Assembly: GCA_963721455.1 (NCBI GenBank)
Contig: CAVRJG010000056.1
Span: 49,970 to 113,969, forward strand
Reading direction: 5' to 3'
From: an uncultured Methanosarcinaceae archaeon
GTDB lineage: Archaea > Halobacteriota > Methanosarcinia > Methanosarcinales > Methanosarcinaceae
DNA length: 64,000 nt
Below, piece after piece: positions 9,647 to 20,288 of the stretch. A model generated the notes under the pieces. The model was not told where the DNA came from. It worked only from the letters and a program-made list of their open reading frames with translations, and searched no databases. Made by a program: the position numbers and the translations under genes. Within the stretch, counting starts at the first letter, position 1, and each line of letters begins with the position of its first letter.

Positions 9647-11028
9647 AAACGTTTTCTTTGCTAACGCTCTTACTGCTGCTTACAGCATTCATATCCCTCG
9701 GAGCCGGAACAGCACTTGGCTCAAACGGAATGATAGACTCCTCATCCATGCAGGTAAATCTAACGAACCAGAATCCCGATGCTGCTCGTCCTGGAGAACC
9801 TGTTGAACTCACTGTCAGTGTGCAAAATGTAGGAAGCAATAACCTGAAAGATATTGCTGTCACAGTTAATCCGGAATATCCTTTCAGTAAGGTTTCCGGA
9901 GAAACTCTTGAAAAGGAGGTCTCCTATCTGAATGCACGGCAGGATGATAACGATGCAGCTGTCCTTAAGTTCAAGCTCATGACAGACTCCAACGCTTCCG
10001 AAGGCACTTATGATATCGACATCACCACCATTGCCAAAAAAGATGGATCCTCATCAAACACGATTACTACTACAAAAACCATCCAGCTAGAGGTAAGGGG
10101 TAAAGAGTACGCTCAGATCGTGACCATAAACAAGGCGAATATTGACATAGCAAGGGAAGAGCCTCTCGAGTTCATTATAACGAATACAGGAAACTCCCCT
10201 CTGAAAAATATGGTCGTCTCCTGGAAAGATCCCAAAGGTGTTATCCTCCCGGTCTACTCGGACAATACAAAGTACATTAAGTACCTGGAAACAGGTCAAT
10301 CCGTGACAGTTGCTTACTTGGTCATGGCAGATGTAAACGCCAATCCCGGGCTCTACACTCTGGATATAAACCTTAGCTTTGAAGACTATGAATCCAATAC
10401 AAAAAATATCCAGACCACAGCAGGACTTTTCGTAGGCGGGGAAACCGACTTTGATGTTTCCTTTTCGGAAAACGATGCGGGAGAGATTTCCCTTTCAGTT
10501 GCAAACGTGGGCAATAACATGGCATATTCGGTGAAAGTATCGGTTCCGGATCAGGACGGTTACAGGGTATCAGGAAGTTCCTCCTCTATCGTGGGAAACC
10601 TTGAGAAAGGAGACTACACAATCGCTTCATTTAATGTTGCGAGCACACAGGCTGCAGGAGGAAGTGAAGGAGGGAGTCCCGGAGCACCACCGGATAGTGC
10701 AAAAGCCAGTGATACAGGAGACAATGAAACGTCTGCTTCAACGGATTCCAATCCACTAAAAGTCCAGATTGAGTATACGGATGCAAAGGGAGAAAGAATA
10801 ACAGTCAACAAGGAAGTAAAACTCGAAATGACTTCCGGAAATATGACTGCGCAGGGAGCAGGAGAGCCAGGCAGTCGCAGCGGATTCGGTTCATACGTGC
10901 TCTATATTGCGATAATAGCACTTGCAGGAGCAGGAGTATTTGTATACCGCAAGAAAAAACAGGGAGAGAAAAAAGCCGGATACAAAGCATCTGAAAATGA
11001 TGCAAGTTCAGGAGTACTCAAGCACTGA
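9643..11028 (+). CDS. COG1361 S-layer-like/CARDB membrane-anchored protein
   Basis: Signal peptide, NQNPD.ARPGE.VEL..SVQNVG, repeated beta-sandwich segments, and a C-terminal TM helix followed by a RKKK tail. Confidence 0.85.
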   Translation: MKTFSLLTLLLLLTAFISLGAGTALGSNGMIDSSSMQVNLTNQNPDAARPGEPVELTVSVQNVGSNNLKDIAVTVNPEYPFSKVSGETLEKEVSYLNARQDDNDAAVLKFKLMTDSNASEGTYDIDITTIAKKDGSSSNTITTTKTIQLEVRGKEYAQIVTINKANIDIAREEPLEFIITNTGNSPLKNMVVSWKDPKGVILPVYSDNTKYIKYLETGQSVTVAYLVMADVNANPGLYTLDINLSFEDYESNTKNIQTTAGLFVGGETDFDVSFSENDAGEISLSVANVGNNMAYSVKVSVPDQDGYRVSGSSSSIVGNLEKGDYTIASFNVASTQAAGGSEGGSPGAPPDSAKASDTGDNETSASTDSNPLKVQIEYTDAKGERITVNKEVKLEMTSGNMTAQGAGEPGSRSGFGSYVLYIAIIALAGAGVFVYRKKKQGEKKAGYKASENDASSGVLKH

Positions 11029-11056
11029 AAAAAAGCAAAAACTGGAGGGATGCTCA

Positions 11057-12307
11057 ATTAGAAACGCAACTTACCTGAAAATGGCCCTGAACATGCTCCT
11101 GCACAGCAAACTCCGGAGCTGGCTAACTATTATCGGGATAGTTATAGGGGTTGGAGCAGTTGTAGGGATTATTTCTCTGGGGGATGCTATGGAGGCAAGC
11201 GTACAGAGCAGCCTTGCCAACATGGACCTGACAAGCATCACCATAACGCCGGGATATTCAAAAGCTCAGTCGCATATGCCCGGTCACGGGGATAACGGAT
11301 GGGGAGGAGGAGGTACTGCGACTGACGCCCAACTGACAGATCACGATATCGATGCTCTTCAGGGTATAAAAGGCATAACGTACGTTACAGGTGAGATTTC
11401 CGGCAGAGAGGAAATTAGCTACACCGGAGAAAACGCAACCCTTTCTATCACTGGAGTGGACCCCCAGGTCTGGCAATACATGAACTCTCTTGAGGTAGAA
11501 TCCGGAAGGCTTCTGGAACCGGCAGACAAGTATGTTGCGGTTATCGGAAGCGGTGTTGCCAGGGGAATTTATAAAAAAGACATTGGAGTTAACCAGCTTA
11601 TAACGATCAACGGTAAGTCTGTGAGAGTTGTCGGAATCCTGAAAGAAGAAGGTGGAAGTGGGGACAATCAGATATACATGCCGATAGAAGCTGCAGTGAA
11701 CCTGATTACAGATGCGAAAAAAGACGTCTTTGATTCCATCAACGTAAAAGCTCAGAGTGTAGATATAGTAGACACGGTGGTTACGACGATTGAAAAAAAG
11801 CTCATGATTTCCAGACACATCTCCAATGAGGATGACAGAGACTTTTCCGTAACCGCCTTAAAGTCCATGGCTCAGTCAGTTACCAGTATGATTTCCTCGA
11901 TGACTCTCTTTTTGGGAGCCATTGCTGCTGTATCGCTTGTTGTAGGAGCTGTGGGAATTGCAAATACGATGTTTACTTCTGTCCTTGAAAAGACAAGGGA
12001 AATCGGAACTATGAAAGCCATAGGGGCGAAAAATCGAGATATCCTTATGATTTTCATCTTTAACTCCGCAATGGTAGGTCTTGTTGGAGGTATCCTTGGA
12101 GTTACACTGGGAGCGCTTGTTTCAGCTATCTTCCCGATGATTGGCGTGACCATGACAAGACCAGAAAGCGGGGTAAGCCTGCCTCTTTCCCCTGGTCTGA
12201 TGATTTTTGGACTGATTCTCGCTGTCCTTATCGGTGTAATCTCAGGAGCAGTGCCCGCATACAGGGCTTCAAAAATGAAACCTGTAGACGCACTGCGATA
12301 CGAATAA
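11057..12307 (+). CDS. MacB/FtsX-family ABC permease
   Basis: KLRSWLTIIGIVIGV, GIANTMFTSV.EKTREIGTMKAIGA, PAYRASKMKPVDALRYE. The start is either ATT 11057 (after a GGAGGGA RBS) or ATG 11081. Confidence 0.9.
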   Translation: MRNATYLKMALNMLLHSKLRSWLTIIGIVIGVGAVVGIISLGDAMEASVQSSLANMDLTSITITPGYSKAQSHMPGHGDNGWGGGGTATDAQLTDHDIDALQGIKGITYVTGEISGREEISYTGENATLSITGVDPQVWQYMNSLEVESGRLLEPADKYVAVIGSGVARGIYKKDIGVNQLITINGKSVRVVGILKEEGGSGDNQIYMPIEAAVNLITDAKKDVFDSINVKAQSVDIVDTVVTTIEKKLMISRHISNEDDRDFSVTALKSMAQSVTSMISSMTLFLGAIAAVSLVVGAVGIANTMFTSVLEKTREIGTMKAIGAKNRDILMIFIFNSAMVGLVGGILGVTLGALVSAIFPMIGVTMTRPESGVSLPLSPGLMIFGLILAVLIGVISGAVPAYRASKMKPVDALRYE

Positions 12308-12451
12308 CTGGAAACCCGGACTGCTTAGAGGTATGAAGAATCGTGGATGATGCTTAAAGAAGAGTTCGGGCTTAGAAAAGGGAAGTTGAAAAAACTGAAA
12401 GTTGAAAAGGGAAGCTTTTAGAAAAACGAATAATTAAGGAAGATGCAATAA

Positions 12452-13888
12452 ATGAAAAGTAATCAAGGTAAAAGTGAAATTTCTGCCGGGCATGCAGGGG
12501 AAATGGAGACAATTGGTGTAAAAACACTGTTGGGGGACCCAAAAAAAGCTATAGTGAAACTTTCAATTCCTATGGTTATTGCGATGTCAGTACAGACACT
12601 CTACAGTCTGGTTGATACTTACTGGGTTTCCGGGCTTGGAGCAGATGCCCTTGCAGCAATGGGTTTTGTATTCCCATTTTTCTTCATCAGCATGGCTTTA
12701 TCCAATGGATTGGGTATAGGCGGGGGAGCTGCAATCTCCCGAATGATAGGAGCCAGGAATAAAGCAGGTGCAGATAATGTAGCAGTACATACGATAATTA
12801 TAATGACTCTGCTCTCGATTCTATTTACAATTCCTTTTTATATCTTTGCACCTCAAATCTTTACCCTTGTAGGAGCCGGAAAAACTACAGGTCTTGCAGT
12901 TGCATATGCCAGAGTTATTTTCCTTGGAAGCATTGCAATATTTTTTTCCAACATAGCTAATGCAATTCTTCGAAGCGAGGGAGATTCAAAGCGAGCTATG
13001 AAAGCTATGATTATAGGCGGAGTCCTGAACATTGTCCTTGATCCTATCTTCATCTACACTCTGAATATGGGAATCGCAGGTGCAGCCTGGGCGACGGTGC
13101 TTTCCATCGCAATATCTTCTCTTATGATGGCTAACTGGCTTTTCTTCAGAAAAGATACTTATGTGAACTTCAATTTTAAGGATTTCCATTTTGAAAGGAA
13201 GATTGTAAAAGACATCTTTGATGTTGCAGTTCCAGCTTCGGCCCAGCAACTTTCCATGTCTCTGTCAATGGTATTCTTGAACTTCATTATTGTGCTTGTA
13301 AGTAACACTGATGGAGTTGCAGTATATTCTACAGGATGGAGAATAGCGACAATTGCAATGGCTCCTTTAATAGGAATATCAACTGCTGTAATTTCAGTAA
13401 CCGGAGCTGCGATGGGGGCGCGTGAGTATATAAAAGCAAAAGTTGTTCTTTCCTACTCAACAAGACTTGGATTTCTTATAGAGTGTGCAGCCGGAGCTTT
13501 TATATTTATCTTTGCCACGCCAATAGCTTCCATATTTACACAATCTGAAGGGGGAGCCCATATAACAGCTGACCTTTCCCACTTCCTGAGAGTTATGTGC
13601 CTGTTCTACCCAACCGCTGCACTTGGTTTTTTCTCCTCTTCTTTTTTCCAGGGAGCGGGCAGGGGAATGAGTGCTTTGATTGCAACCCTCCTGAGAACTA
13701 TTGTTTTTACTCCCATCTTTGCAGCACTTTTAGCTTTCACCTTTAATATGGGGCAGGAAGGAGCCTGGTGGGGAATGGTTATAGGCAACGGAATAGGCTC
13801 TCTGTTAATGTATGTCTGGGCATTGTATTTCCTGAGAACACTTTTAAGAACAAAACATGTTGCGAGGGTTGAGGGAGCTTCAGCCTGA
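12452..13888 (+). CDS. MATE-family efflux transporter (paralogue 1)
   Basis: KAIVKLSIP..IAM.VQ.LY.LVDT.WVS.LG..ALAA, ILRSEGD.KR.M, NIVLDPIFI. Confidence 0.93.
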   Translation: MKSNQGKSEISAGHAGEMETIGVKTLLGDPKKAIVKLSIPMVIAMSVQTLYSLVDTYWVSGLGADALAAMGFVFPFFFISMALSNGLGIGGGAAISRMIGARNKAGADNVAVHTIIIMTLLSILFTIPFYIFAPQIFTLVGAGKTTGLAVAYARVIFLGSIAIFFSNIANAILRSEGDSKRAMKAMIIGGVLNIVLDPIFIYTLNMGIAGAAWATVLSIAISSLMMANWLFFRKDTYVNFNFKDFHFERKIVKDIFDVAVPASAQQLSMSLSMVFLNFIIVLVSNTDGVAVYSTGWRIATIAMAPLIGISTAVISVTGAAMGAREYIKAKVVLSYSTRLGFLIECAAGAFIFIFATPIASIFTQSEGGAHITADLSHFLRVMCLFYPTAALGFFSSSFFQGAGRGMSALIATLLRTIVFTPIFAALLAFTFNMGQEGAWWGMVIGNGIGSLLMYVWALYFLRTLLRTKHVARVEGASA

Positions 13889-14013
13889 AAAGGGCTGGCT
13901 CTTTCTCTACTTTCACTTACAACTATGTATCTTATTTTAAATTTATTAGGAGCCAGTAAGATATTGAATATATTTTTCAGAGTCTTTTCTCTTCCAGGCT
14001 CTTATTTATCATA

Positions 14014-15273
14014 TTAATTATTTTTTATCCAGTTGTTTATAAGTGCCCATAAATCGGGAGAATTATGATCAAGGGCTATGCTACCATGACCCTGATTATT
14101 CCAGTTTATGGAAGTAACCTTATCATTTAGTTTTCCGACCCCGTTTTTGTACCACCATGAACCATAGTCACTAAAACCTCCTCCGAGTCCGATATAAAGG
14201 ACAGGAGAATCTATTCTTGAATAATCAATCTCATAACCGTCCACGTTCCCCATCAGACCGGCCATATACAGATCCAGATGCTTCGGTGCATAAGGGACAG
14301 CACCCCCGGTTAAAGTCAAATTGAGAAGCCTATCTTCGTCAACATAATAAAGACCACCTAGATCTCCACTCCAATAGTGATAATTCGGAGTATAGGGATA
14401 TGCATTAAATGTATGAGTCTGGGTAGCCATAAGCCGGAAAAATTGCCTGTTTGTAAGGCCGGGCTGAAAAGAAGATTCCCCGTCAGGATCTGTTAAAGCC
14501 AGATTTGCTATCTGCATCATGACGGCCATATTACTACCATTATATGTCCTATTTTCCATACATTTGGAAATAATGTTAAATTCCTGGGCCTGGGCCTGTA
14601 TTAACTCTGAATATTTAGGATCATACTTAACAATTATATCAATAGATACTATCCTGTCGACAGTACCTAGAGACAAATCGTCGTATTCACTTGCCTCATA
14701 AGCAGTAAGGATCAACGCCCCATGGCTGTGGCCAATTGCAGTAACCTCTATATTATCTACAGGCTTACTGCTTAAGAGAGCTGTATGAATTCTTGATACA
14801 GCGATACCGTCGTATGTATCGCTCAGATATTTGTCAATGGTCCAGTTTTCCATATAACTGAAATCAGTCTCATTTGCTGGGATGTTTGTTTCCCTTCTAT
14901 CCAGAATATATGTACTGTATCCTTGCTGAGCATAGTATATCGCCATATCGGAATAGAAACTTCCAGTCAACGCCTGACCGGGTAAAATTATTAAATTTTT
15001 ATTTTCTTCCGTGTTCCAGGCGCTTTTTTCCTTCACATAGTTGGTAAGTATGATGTAATCATATTCCCCGGGCCCAACACTTACCTTAAGTTTATATTCC
15101 GCCACATCGCCGCGGACAAGGCCTATTCTATTGCTTTCTGTTAAGAGGCACAGCTTTGATATTCTAAATGAAGTCGGTTTACATGAAAAAATACCCGCTT
15201 TGTCTATTTTTTTATGAAGAGTTTCCATTTGTTTCTCAGGATTGGCAGCTATTAATGCTATTTGCATCTTCAT
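14014..15273 (-). CDS. Alpha/beta-hydrolase fold protein
   Basis: ILPG oxyanion region, YILDRR, nucleophile elbow IGHSHGA (GxSxG), C-terminal GHG. Confidence 0.7.
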   Translation of the reverse strand: MKMQIALIAANPEKQMETLHKKIDKAGIFSCKPTSFRISKLCLLTESNRIGLVRGDVAEYKLKVSVGPGEYDYIILTNYVKEKSAWNTEENKNLIILPGQALTGSFYSDMAIYYAQQGYSTYILDRRETNIPANETDFSYMENWTIDKYLSDTYDGIAVSRIHTALLSSKPVDNIEVTAIGHSHGALILTAYEASEYDDLSLGTVDRIVSIDIIVKYDPKYSELIQAQAQEFNIISKCMENRTYNGSNMAVMMQIANLALTDPDGESSFQPGLTNRQFFRLMATQTHTFNAYPYTPNYHYWSGDLGGLYYVDEDRLLNLTLTGGAVPYAPKHLDLYMAGLMGNVDGYEIDYSRIDSPVLYIGLGGGFSDYGSWWYKNGVGKLNDKVTSINWNNQGHGSIALDHNSPDLWALINNWIKNN

Positions 15274-16033
15274 TTTCTCACCTTTGTGAGGCTCTCAAAT
15301 TAGGTTTTAGACTTGGAGATCCGTAATTTTTTGAAGCAAGACTGGCTAATTTCCCGTTTTGACATCAAATGGTGGTAGCGTAAGATAGCAAAAAATAAGC
15401 CATAAGGCTAAAAGCCGAAGCCTGGACAGGTGATTACATAAAGGTCGTTTATCCCTGGGAATCTCTTTATAAAGATCGGATAAAAATTATTCAGCTTCTC
15501 TATCTGCACTTCTCTGTCTTGAAAACATTACCTGTTATTAGCATATAATTTTATACAGATAAAAATTGTGATTTGAAATTTCACCTATATTTTATTAAAA
15601 TGATAGTAGCTCTGGCATGGAGTACCATCCATATAAGTACGGGAGAAAGAAAAGGAAAAGTCAGGAGTCTCAGGGTCTGATGATTATTTAATATTATCTT
15701 CGGAAAAATTCCAATTAAAAATTAGCGCCCGGAATTACTCCTTTTGGAATTGATTTTATTAAATAAGTCTCACAAGCAAAGGTACAAAAAAGTACTTATT
15801 TGCACAGGAAATCACACTTTTCATTTAAAATTATTGTGATATGTAAGTAGAATCCACAGAATTTTACCAAAAACGGCCGAAAGTGAATTAAACCAAAATG
15901 TTCAATACCAGTTGGAAAGTATTGATCTAAAGCAAATCGTACCTGGAAAAAATAAATATTAAAGTTTTGAAAAAATATTTTTCAAAAAACTATTGTACAG
16001 GTAATTAAATACCCCTAGAAGGAGGTATATAAG

Positions 16034-16847
16034 TTGAAAAAATGTTTACCCATAGTATTGATGTCAATCTTTATTTTTGGGACTGTTTTCTCAAGTGCTG
16101 TTGTAGGTGCAGTAGAAAACCCATTAGTAAATGAAACGGCATCAAAGATTTTAAAGACAAATGAATCTGCTAATCAATCTGTCAATAAATCCGTCAATCA
16201 ATCAGTTAATCAATCAGTTAATCAATCAGTTAATCAATCCGTCAATAAACCCGCCAATAAACCCGCCAATGTAACCAAAGCTGCAGAAGGAATACCTGTC
16301 GCTGAACAAAAGTTCAGGGTAGGTCCGACCGTAGTCCTGCGGCCGGCTAATGATGTAATAACCGAAAAACGAAAACGGCCTTGTTGAACTTTATATCGAT
16401 AATCCATCGCTCAATGAGGTAACCCTGAACGTGGATGCAAGGATCAGCGTTCCCGCTGGAATTTCCGTATCCGGACAGGGCTTTGCCCAGGCAGGTGCAG
16501 CAGGTACGGTATACGGTACATTCTCCGTACCGCCCGGAAGCGTCCGAACGATCTACATTGATATTAAGGGAGATAAAGTAGGTAGTCATACGGTGCACTT
16601 CAGCGGCCTGTACTGGCCTGGAGATAACAAGGATAATTACAACCCGATTTCACTTACCCACCCCTTTGTAGTCGAAGAGCCTTCCAAAAAAGTCGAACAG
16701 CCTTCCAAAAATTCTGACGAAGCCCCCAATTCTGATGAGGATGGAGGAGTAAAAGCCGAGGGGCAGGGCTCATTCAGCGCTCCCGGATTTGGTGTATTAA
16801 TCGCAGCTATAGGATTATTAGGAGTTTATGCTGCTAAGAGAAAGTAA
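16034..16847 (+). pseudogene. PGF-CTERM-anchored surface glycoprotein, split by a +1 frameshift (real or an assembly error)
   Basis: Removing one A from the run at 16365-16369 joins ORFs 16034-16387 and 16431-16847 as ...NDVITENENGLVELYIDNPSLNEVTLNVDAR.... It has a signal peptide and ends in APGFGVLIAAIGLLGVYAAKRK. Confidence 0.8.
16160..16270 (+). repeat. 12-bp tandem repeat encoding (NQSV)n/(NKPA)n
   Basis: aatcaatcagtt-type units repeated about 9 times within the CDS. Confidence 0.9.
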
Positions 16848-17013
16848 ATCAGGTTAAAAAGGAGTTTAAAAACGAGTTCAGGAAAAATAAATAAATTTTT
16901 CCTATTTTTTATTATTTTGAGAAATTATCGAAGGCATCCATAATTTGGAAAAGCCTTTAGCTTAAAGCTGAGACTGGATGTTATTACAGATGACAGCCCA
17001 AAAAGGTGGTAGA

Positions 17014-17826
17014 ATGTCTGAGAGGGCTATTTTAAAAACTCTAATGGTTTATCTTTTAATTGGTTGCTTCTTAGTAAGCAATGTTCCGTGTACATATGCT
17101 TCGTCTGGCACTTCAATAAATTCTTCTTACGAGAACAAAACCGAACCTTCAGAGTACACAGAAACGGAAGTTCCGGAGTATACACAAACTGAGAGTTCTG
17201 AAAATACATCGACAGAACCTTCAAATTACACAGAAGCCGAATCTTCGGAACACACAAAAACAGAAAGCTCAGAATACCAGATAAAGCGTTCAAAGTACGA
17301 TCAGGTAGAAAATTCAAAAAACATACAAACAGAACCTTCAAAAAACACAGGATCACCTGAAAACTCCAAACCGGCGCCGCCCTCTGCAAGTGTCAGCCTC
17401 CATGGCGAAAAAACACAGGTCGTTTCCGGAGAGGATATTCTGCTCAGGCTTTCGGCAGTGAATCTTATCACAAAACCTGTTATGCATGTCCAGGTCATTA
17501 TAATTCCACCTTCAGGAATGAGTGTCTCTTCCTCGGAGTTTGTCCAGTCGGGCGCAGGACAGTATACGACAACGTATGAGCTGGACCCCGGACAGGGCAG
17601 GGATATTGGAGTAAGGATCGAATCCAATCAGCCTGGAGACTTTAATGTCGAAGGCAGGGTGATTTATTATTTCGGTGATGATACAAAAAATGCAGAAGAT
17701 TATACGCTTAATCTCCCTATACAGGTAGAAGCAAAATCATATCCTGTAGAACAAGCCTTACCCGGATTTACACTGGCAAGCCTGGTATTCGTATTAATGG
17801 CTGTATTTATCTTAAAAAGGCACTAA
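17014..17826 (+). CDS. PGF-CTERM-anchored surface protein with a Ser/Thr/Glu-rich repetitive stalk
   Basis: Signal peptide, (TEPSEY/N) repeats, a beta-sandwich domain similar to the upstream gene, and LPGFTLASLVFVLMAVFILKRH at the end. Confidence 0.85.
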   Translation: MSERAILKTLMVYLLIGCFLVSNVPCTYASSGTSINSSYENKTEPSEYTETEVPEYTQTESSENTSTEPSNYTEAESSEHTKTESSEYQIKRSKYDQVENSKNIQTEPSKNTGSPENSKPAPPSASVSLHGEKTQVVSGEDILLRLSAVNLITKPVMHVQVIIIPPSGMSVSSSEFVQSGAGQYTTTYELDPGQGRDIGVRIESNQPGDFNVEGRVIYYFGDDTKNAEDYTLNLPIQVEAKSYPVEQALPGFTLASLVFVLMAVFILKRH

Positions 17827-18363
17827 GCGCAATATAAAATTACACATACTATTTTGCCTCCGGGATATGAAGAGACTGCGCCTGAAAAAGCGCATCGGTC
17901 TCAGATTCCGGAAAAATTTCGGGAAAAATGTATTATCCTAATCACTGTCCAGGATTACTTCCTGCAATCTTTTTTTTAAACTTATTTTATCAAATAAGTC
18001 CCCACAAGCAAGGGTGCAAGAAAAGTGGTTATGAGCATAGGAGCCCATATCCTTTAAAAAGATTATAATCTGCAAGCAGAGCTTCTCAGGGATGACCCAT
18101 TACATAATTGCCAATTTTGTTTTTCAGGCATCAGGACATTCAACGGTCGCTTGCCGACCGGCCTTTTCAAAACATGAATTCAAAAGAGCACACCCAAAAA
18201 GAAAAAGCACAGGTAAACCGGAAGCGAAAAAAGTTAAATTTTGGAACTGTGTAAAACATAAATTCATTCCGGATTAAAACGGTCAGGTTATGGGTCAGGT
18301 TGATTTTGAAGTAAGCTCAAGTATTTCAGCTGACAATAACAAAAAAGAGTCGGGGCGTAAAAT

Positions 18364-18834
18364 ATGAGGACACTGGAAGATCCCATAAAAATAAACCGGC
18401 CACCTGAAGCCATTTTTGAATGGTTCGCTCATTTTACGGAAAACTACAGGTCCTGGCACAAAGACCACGTAACTGCCAGATGGATCAAAGAAAAAAATTT
18501 TGAAAAAGGCGCTGTGCTTTATGCCGAGGAGTACCTCGGGGGTAAACTGGAAAAATTAAGTTTTGAGATTACCCTATGCGTGCGGAATGAATTGATAGAG
18601 TATAAGGTATTATTCCCGGAGTCAATTATCTGTTCAGGCGGCTCGTTTTCCATAAAGCCTTCAAATGGCGGGAGTGTCTTTAAAGCTGAGCTTTCTTTTC
18701 GGTTTGGCGGGTTACTTTCAAAGGTTGCCAGAAAGAAAGTTGAAGCTATAAAGCTGCATATGAAAGAAGAAGGGGAAAATCTGAAGGTGTTGTTGGAAAA
18801 GTCGGATGATATCGAAACATCAGAAATTAAATAA
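18364..18834 (+). CDS. SRPBCC/START-like domain protein
   Basis: I.INRPPE.IFEW......NY..WH.DH pattern; terminal HM.EEGENLK..LE. Confidence 0.75.
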   Translation: MRTLEDPIKINRPPEAIFEWFAHFTENYRSWHKDHVTARWIKEKNFEKGAVLYAEEYLGGKLEKLSFEITLCVRNELIEYKVLFPESIICSGGSFSIKPSNGGSVFKAELSFRFGGLLSKVARKKVEAIKLHMKEEGENLKVLLEKSDDIETSEIK

Positions 18835-18967
18835 TCTGACTACGAAGGTTTTGTTTTTTACTTTTAAAATATCTGGAACTTCGAAAGCTGGAGAACAGGC
18901 TGTGTTATTTTGAAAGTATGAAAAATCTAAAGTTGCCTGTTTTGCAGGCAACCACGTAAGTCCTGAA

Positions 18968-19646
18968 TCAGATGAGATCTTTAAGATGGACTGATGATTC
19001 ATGGATCAAATAAGCTGCTTCATTAGAACCTAACCTGCCTTCAGTTGCCATTTCACAAACGAAAGTCATTAAAGTTGCCTATTTTTTCGATGGCTTTGAG
19101 ATCATCTCCCTTTTCGAGATGACAGAGTACGTTGTTGAGTTTTGCATTGAGAGCAGTTTTGGTAGAATCGTCTGCACAATCAAGCTCATCCACAAAGGTG
19201 ATTACAACCGGATATCCTGCGTCTATCCAGACTTTGATACCGCCCTGCATGTTATGGACATTTGTGTAACCGGCACTTACCAGAATTTTGCTTGCGTTAG
19301 TACTTCTGCTTCCGGTTTTGCAATAAACAAGTATCTTTGCATCACAATCAGCTGGTAGCTCGTCCGTTCGGTTTGCTAATAGATCTTCAGGGGGCAGAAT
19401 AGGTTCTCCCGGTGGAGTCTTAAGACTTGATAGCGGTATCAACGTTGCCCCTTCTATATTCGCTGCATTGAATTCGTCCGGGGTACGGACATCAAGAATG
19501 AAGACATCGCCCTTTTCGACCATTTTCTTAGCATCACTGACGCCCACATTTGTGTATGTGCTATCCTCTGCCGCTGCAATGCCCGGTGCGATTACGAGAA
19601 AAGCAAAAAGGACTGCAGCAAAATAGGGCAAATATTGTTTATCCAT
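18968..19646 (-). CDS. Secreted rhodanese-domain protein with a C-terminal helical (FIMAH-like) domain; +1 frameshift near the 3' end
   Basis: Signal peptide, ILDVRTP.EF...IEGA, VYCKTGSRS and NMQGGI..W. Removing one base at 19062-19064 extends the protein with ...NDFVCEMATEGRLGSNEAAYLIHESSVHLKDLI* to 18968. Confidence 0.8.
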
Positions 19647-20288
19647 CAGATTCCTCCATTTTTATCCAATTTATCCCTGTTTTAAAATCATTGAGATTTT
19701 CGGATTAATTCATTCAAACATAGTATTTATTATTAAAATCCGTATTCAAAGGCAGTACCCAGAAGTAGTAATTATTTGCTCTATTTGCAAAGACATTACA
19801 TATCCATGCACATCAACCTATCATAATTGTACAATAAATTGGTACAAATAGGCAAAGCCCAAATTTGAATTTCAATAAATGTGTAATGTATTAATTTAAA
19901 ATATATATAGTGTTAGAAATATTCGTTTCCTATAAAAAAGTTTATTTATTTATTATCTGACTTGCTTTTTGTTTTAATATCCAGCCTATACAAAGTTAAA
20001 ATGTATATGCTTTTTACCTCAGGTTCACAATTTGCTTTTAAGTTTTATAATTTGTCGAAATACTCTTTAATTTTATTTGCATGTATTTATTTTTTAACTT
20101 TAAAAGGAAGAGGAACAAAGCCGGTCAGCAGCAGAGAATATAGAGATTCAGAAAAGAAAAAAGAAGAGAAAAAAGGAGAAGAAGAGAAAAGAGAAAAGAA
20201 GAGAAAAGATCGGAATTCTTCCTTTTCCTTGACCCGGTTTTCATCTCTAATTTTAATTCGAAGGCAGGAGGGGATACTGCCTTCTTTT

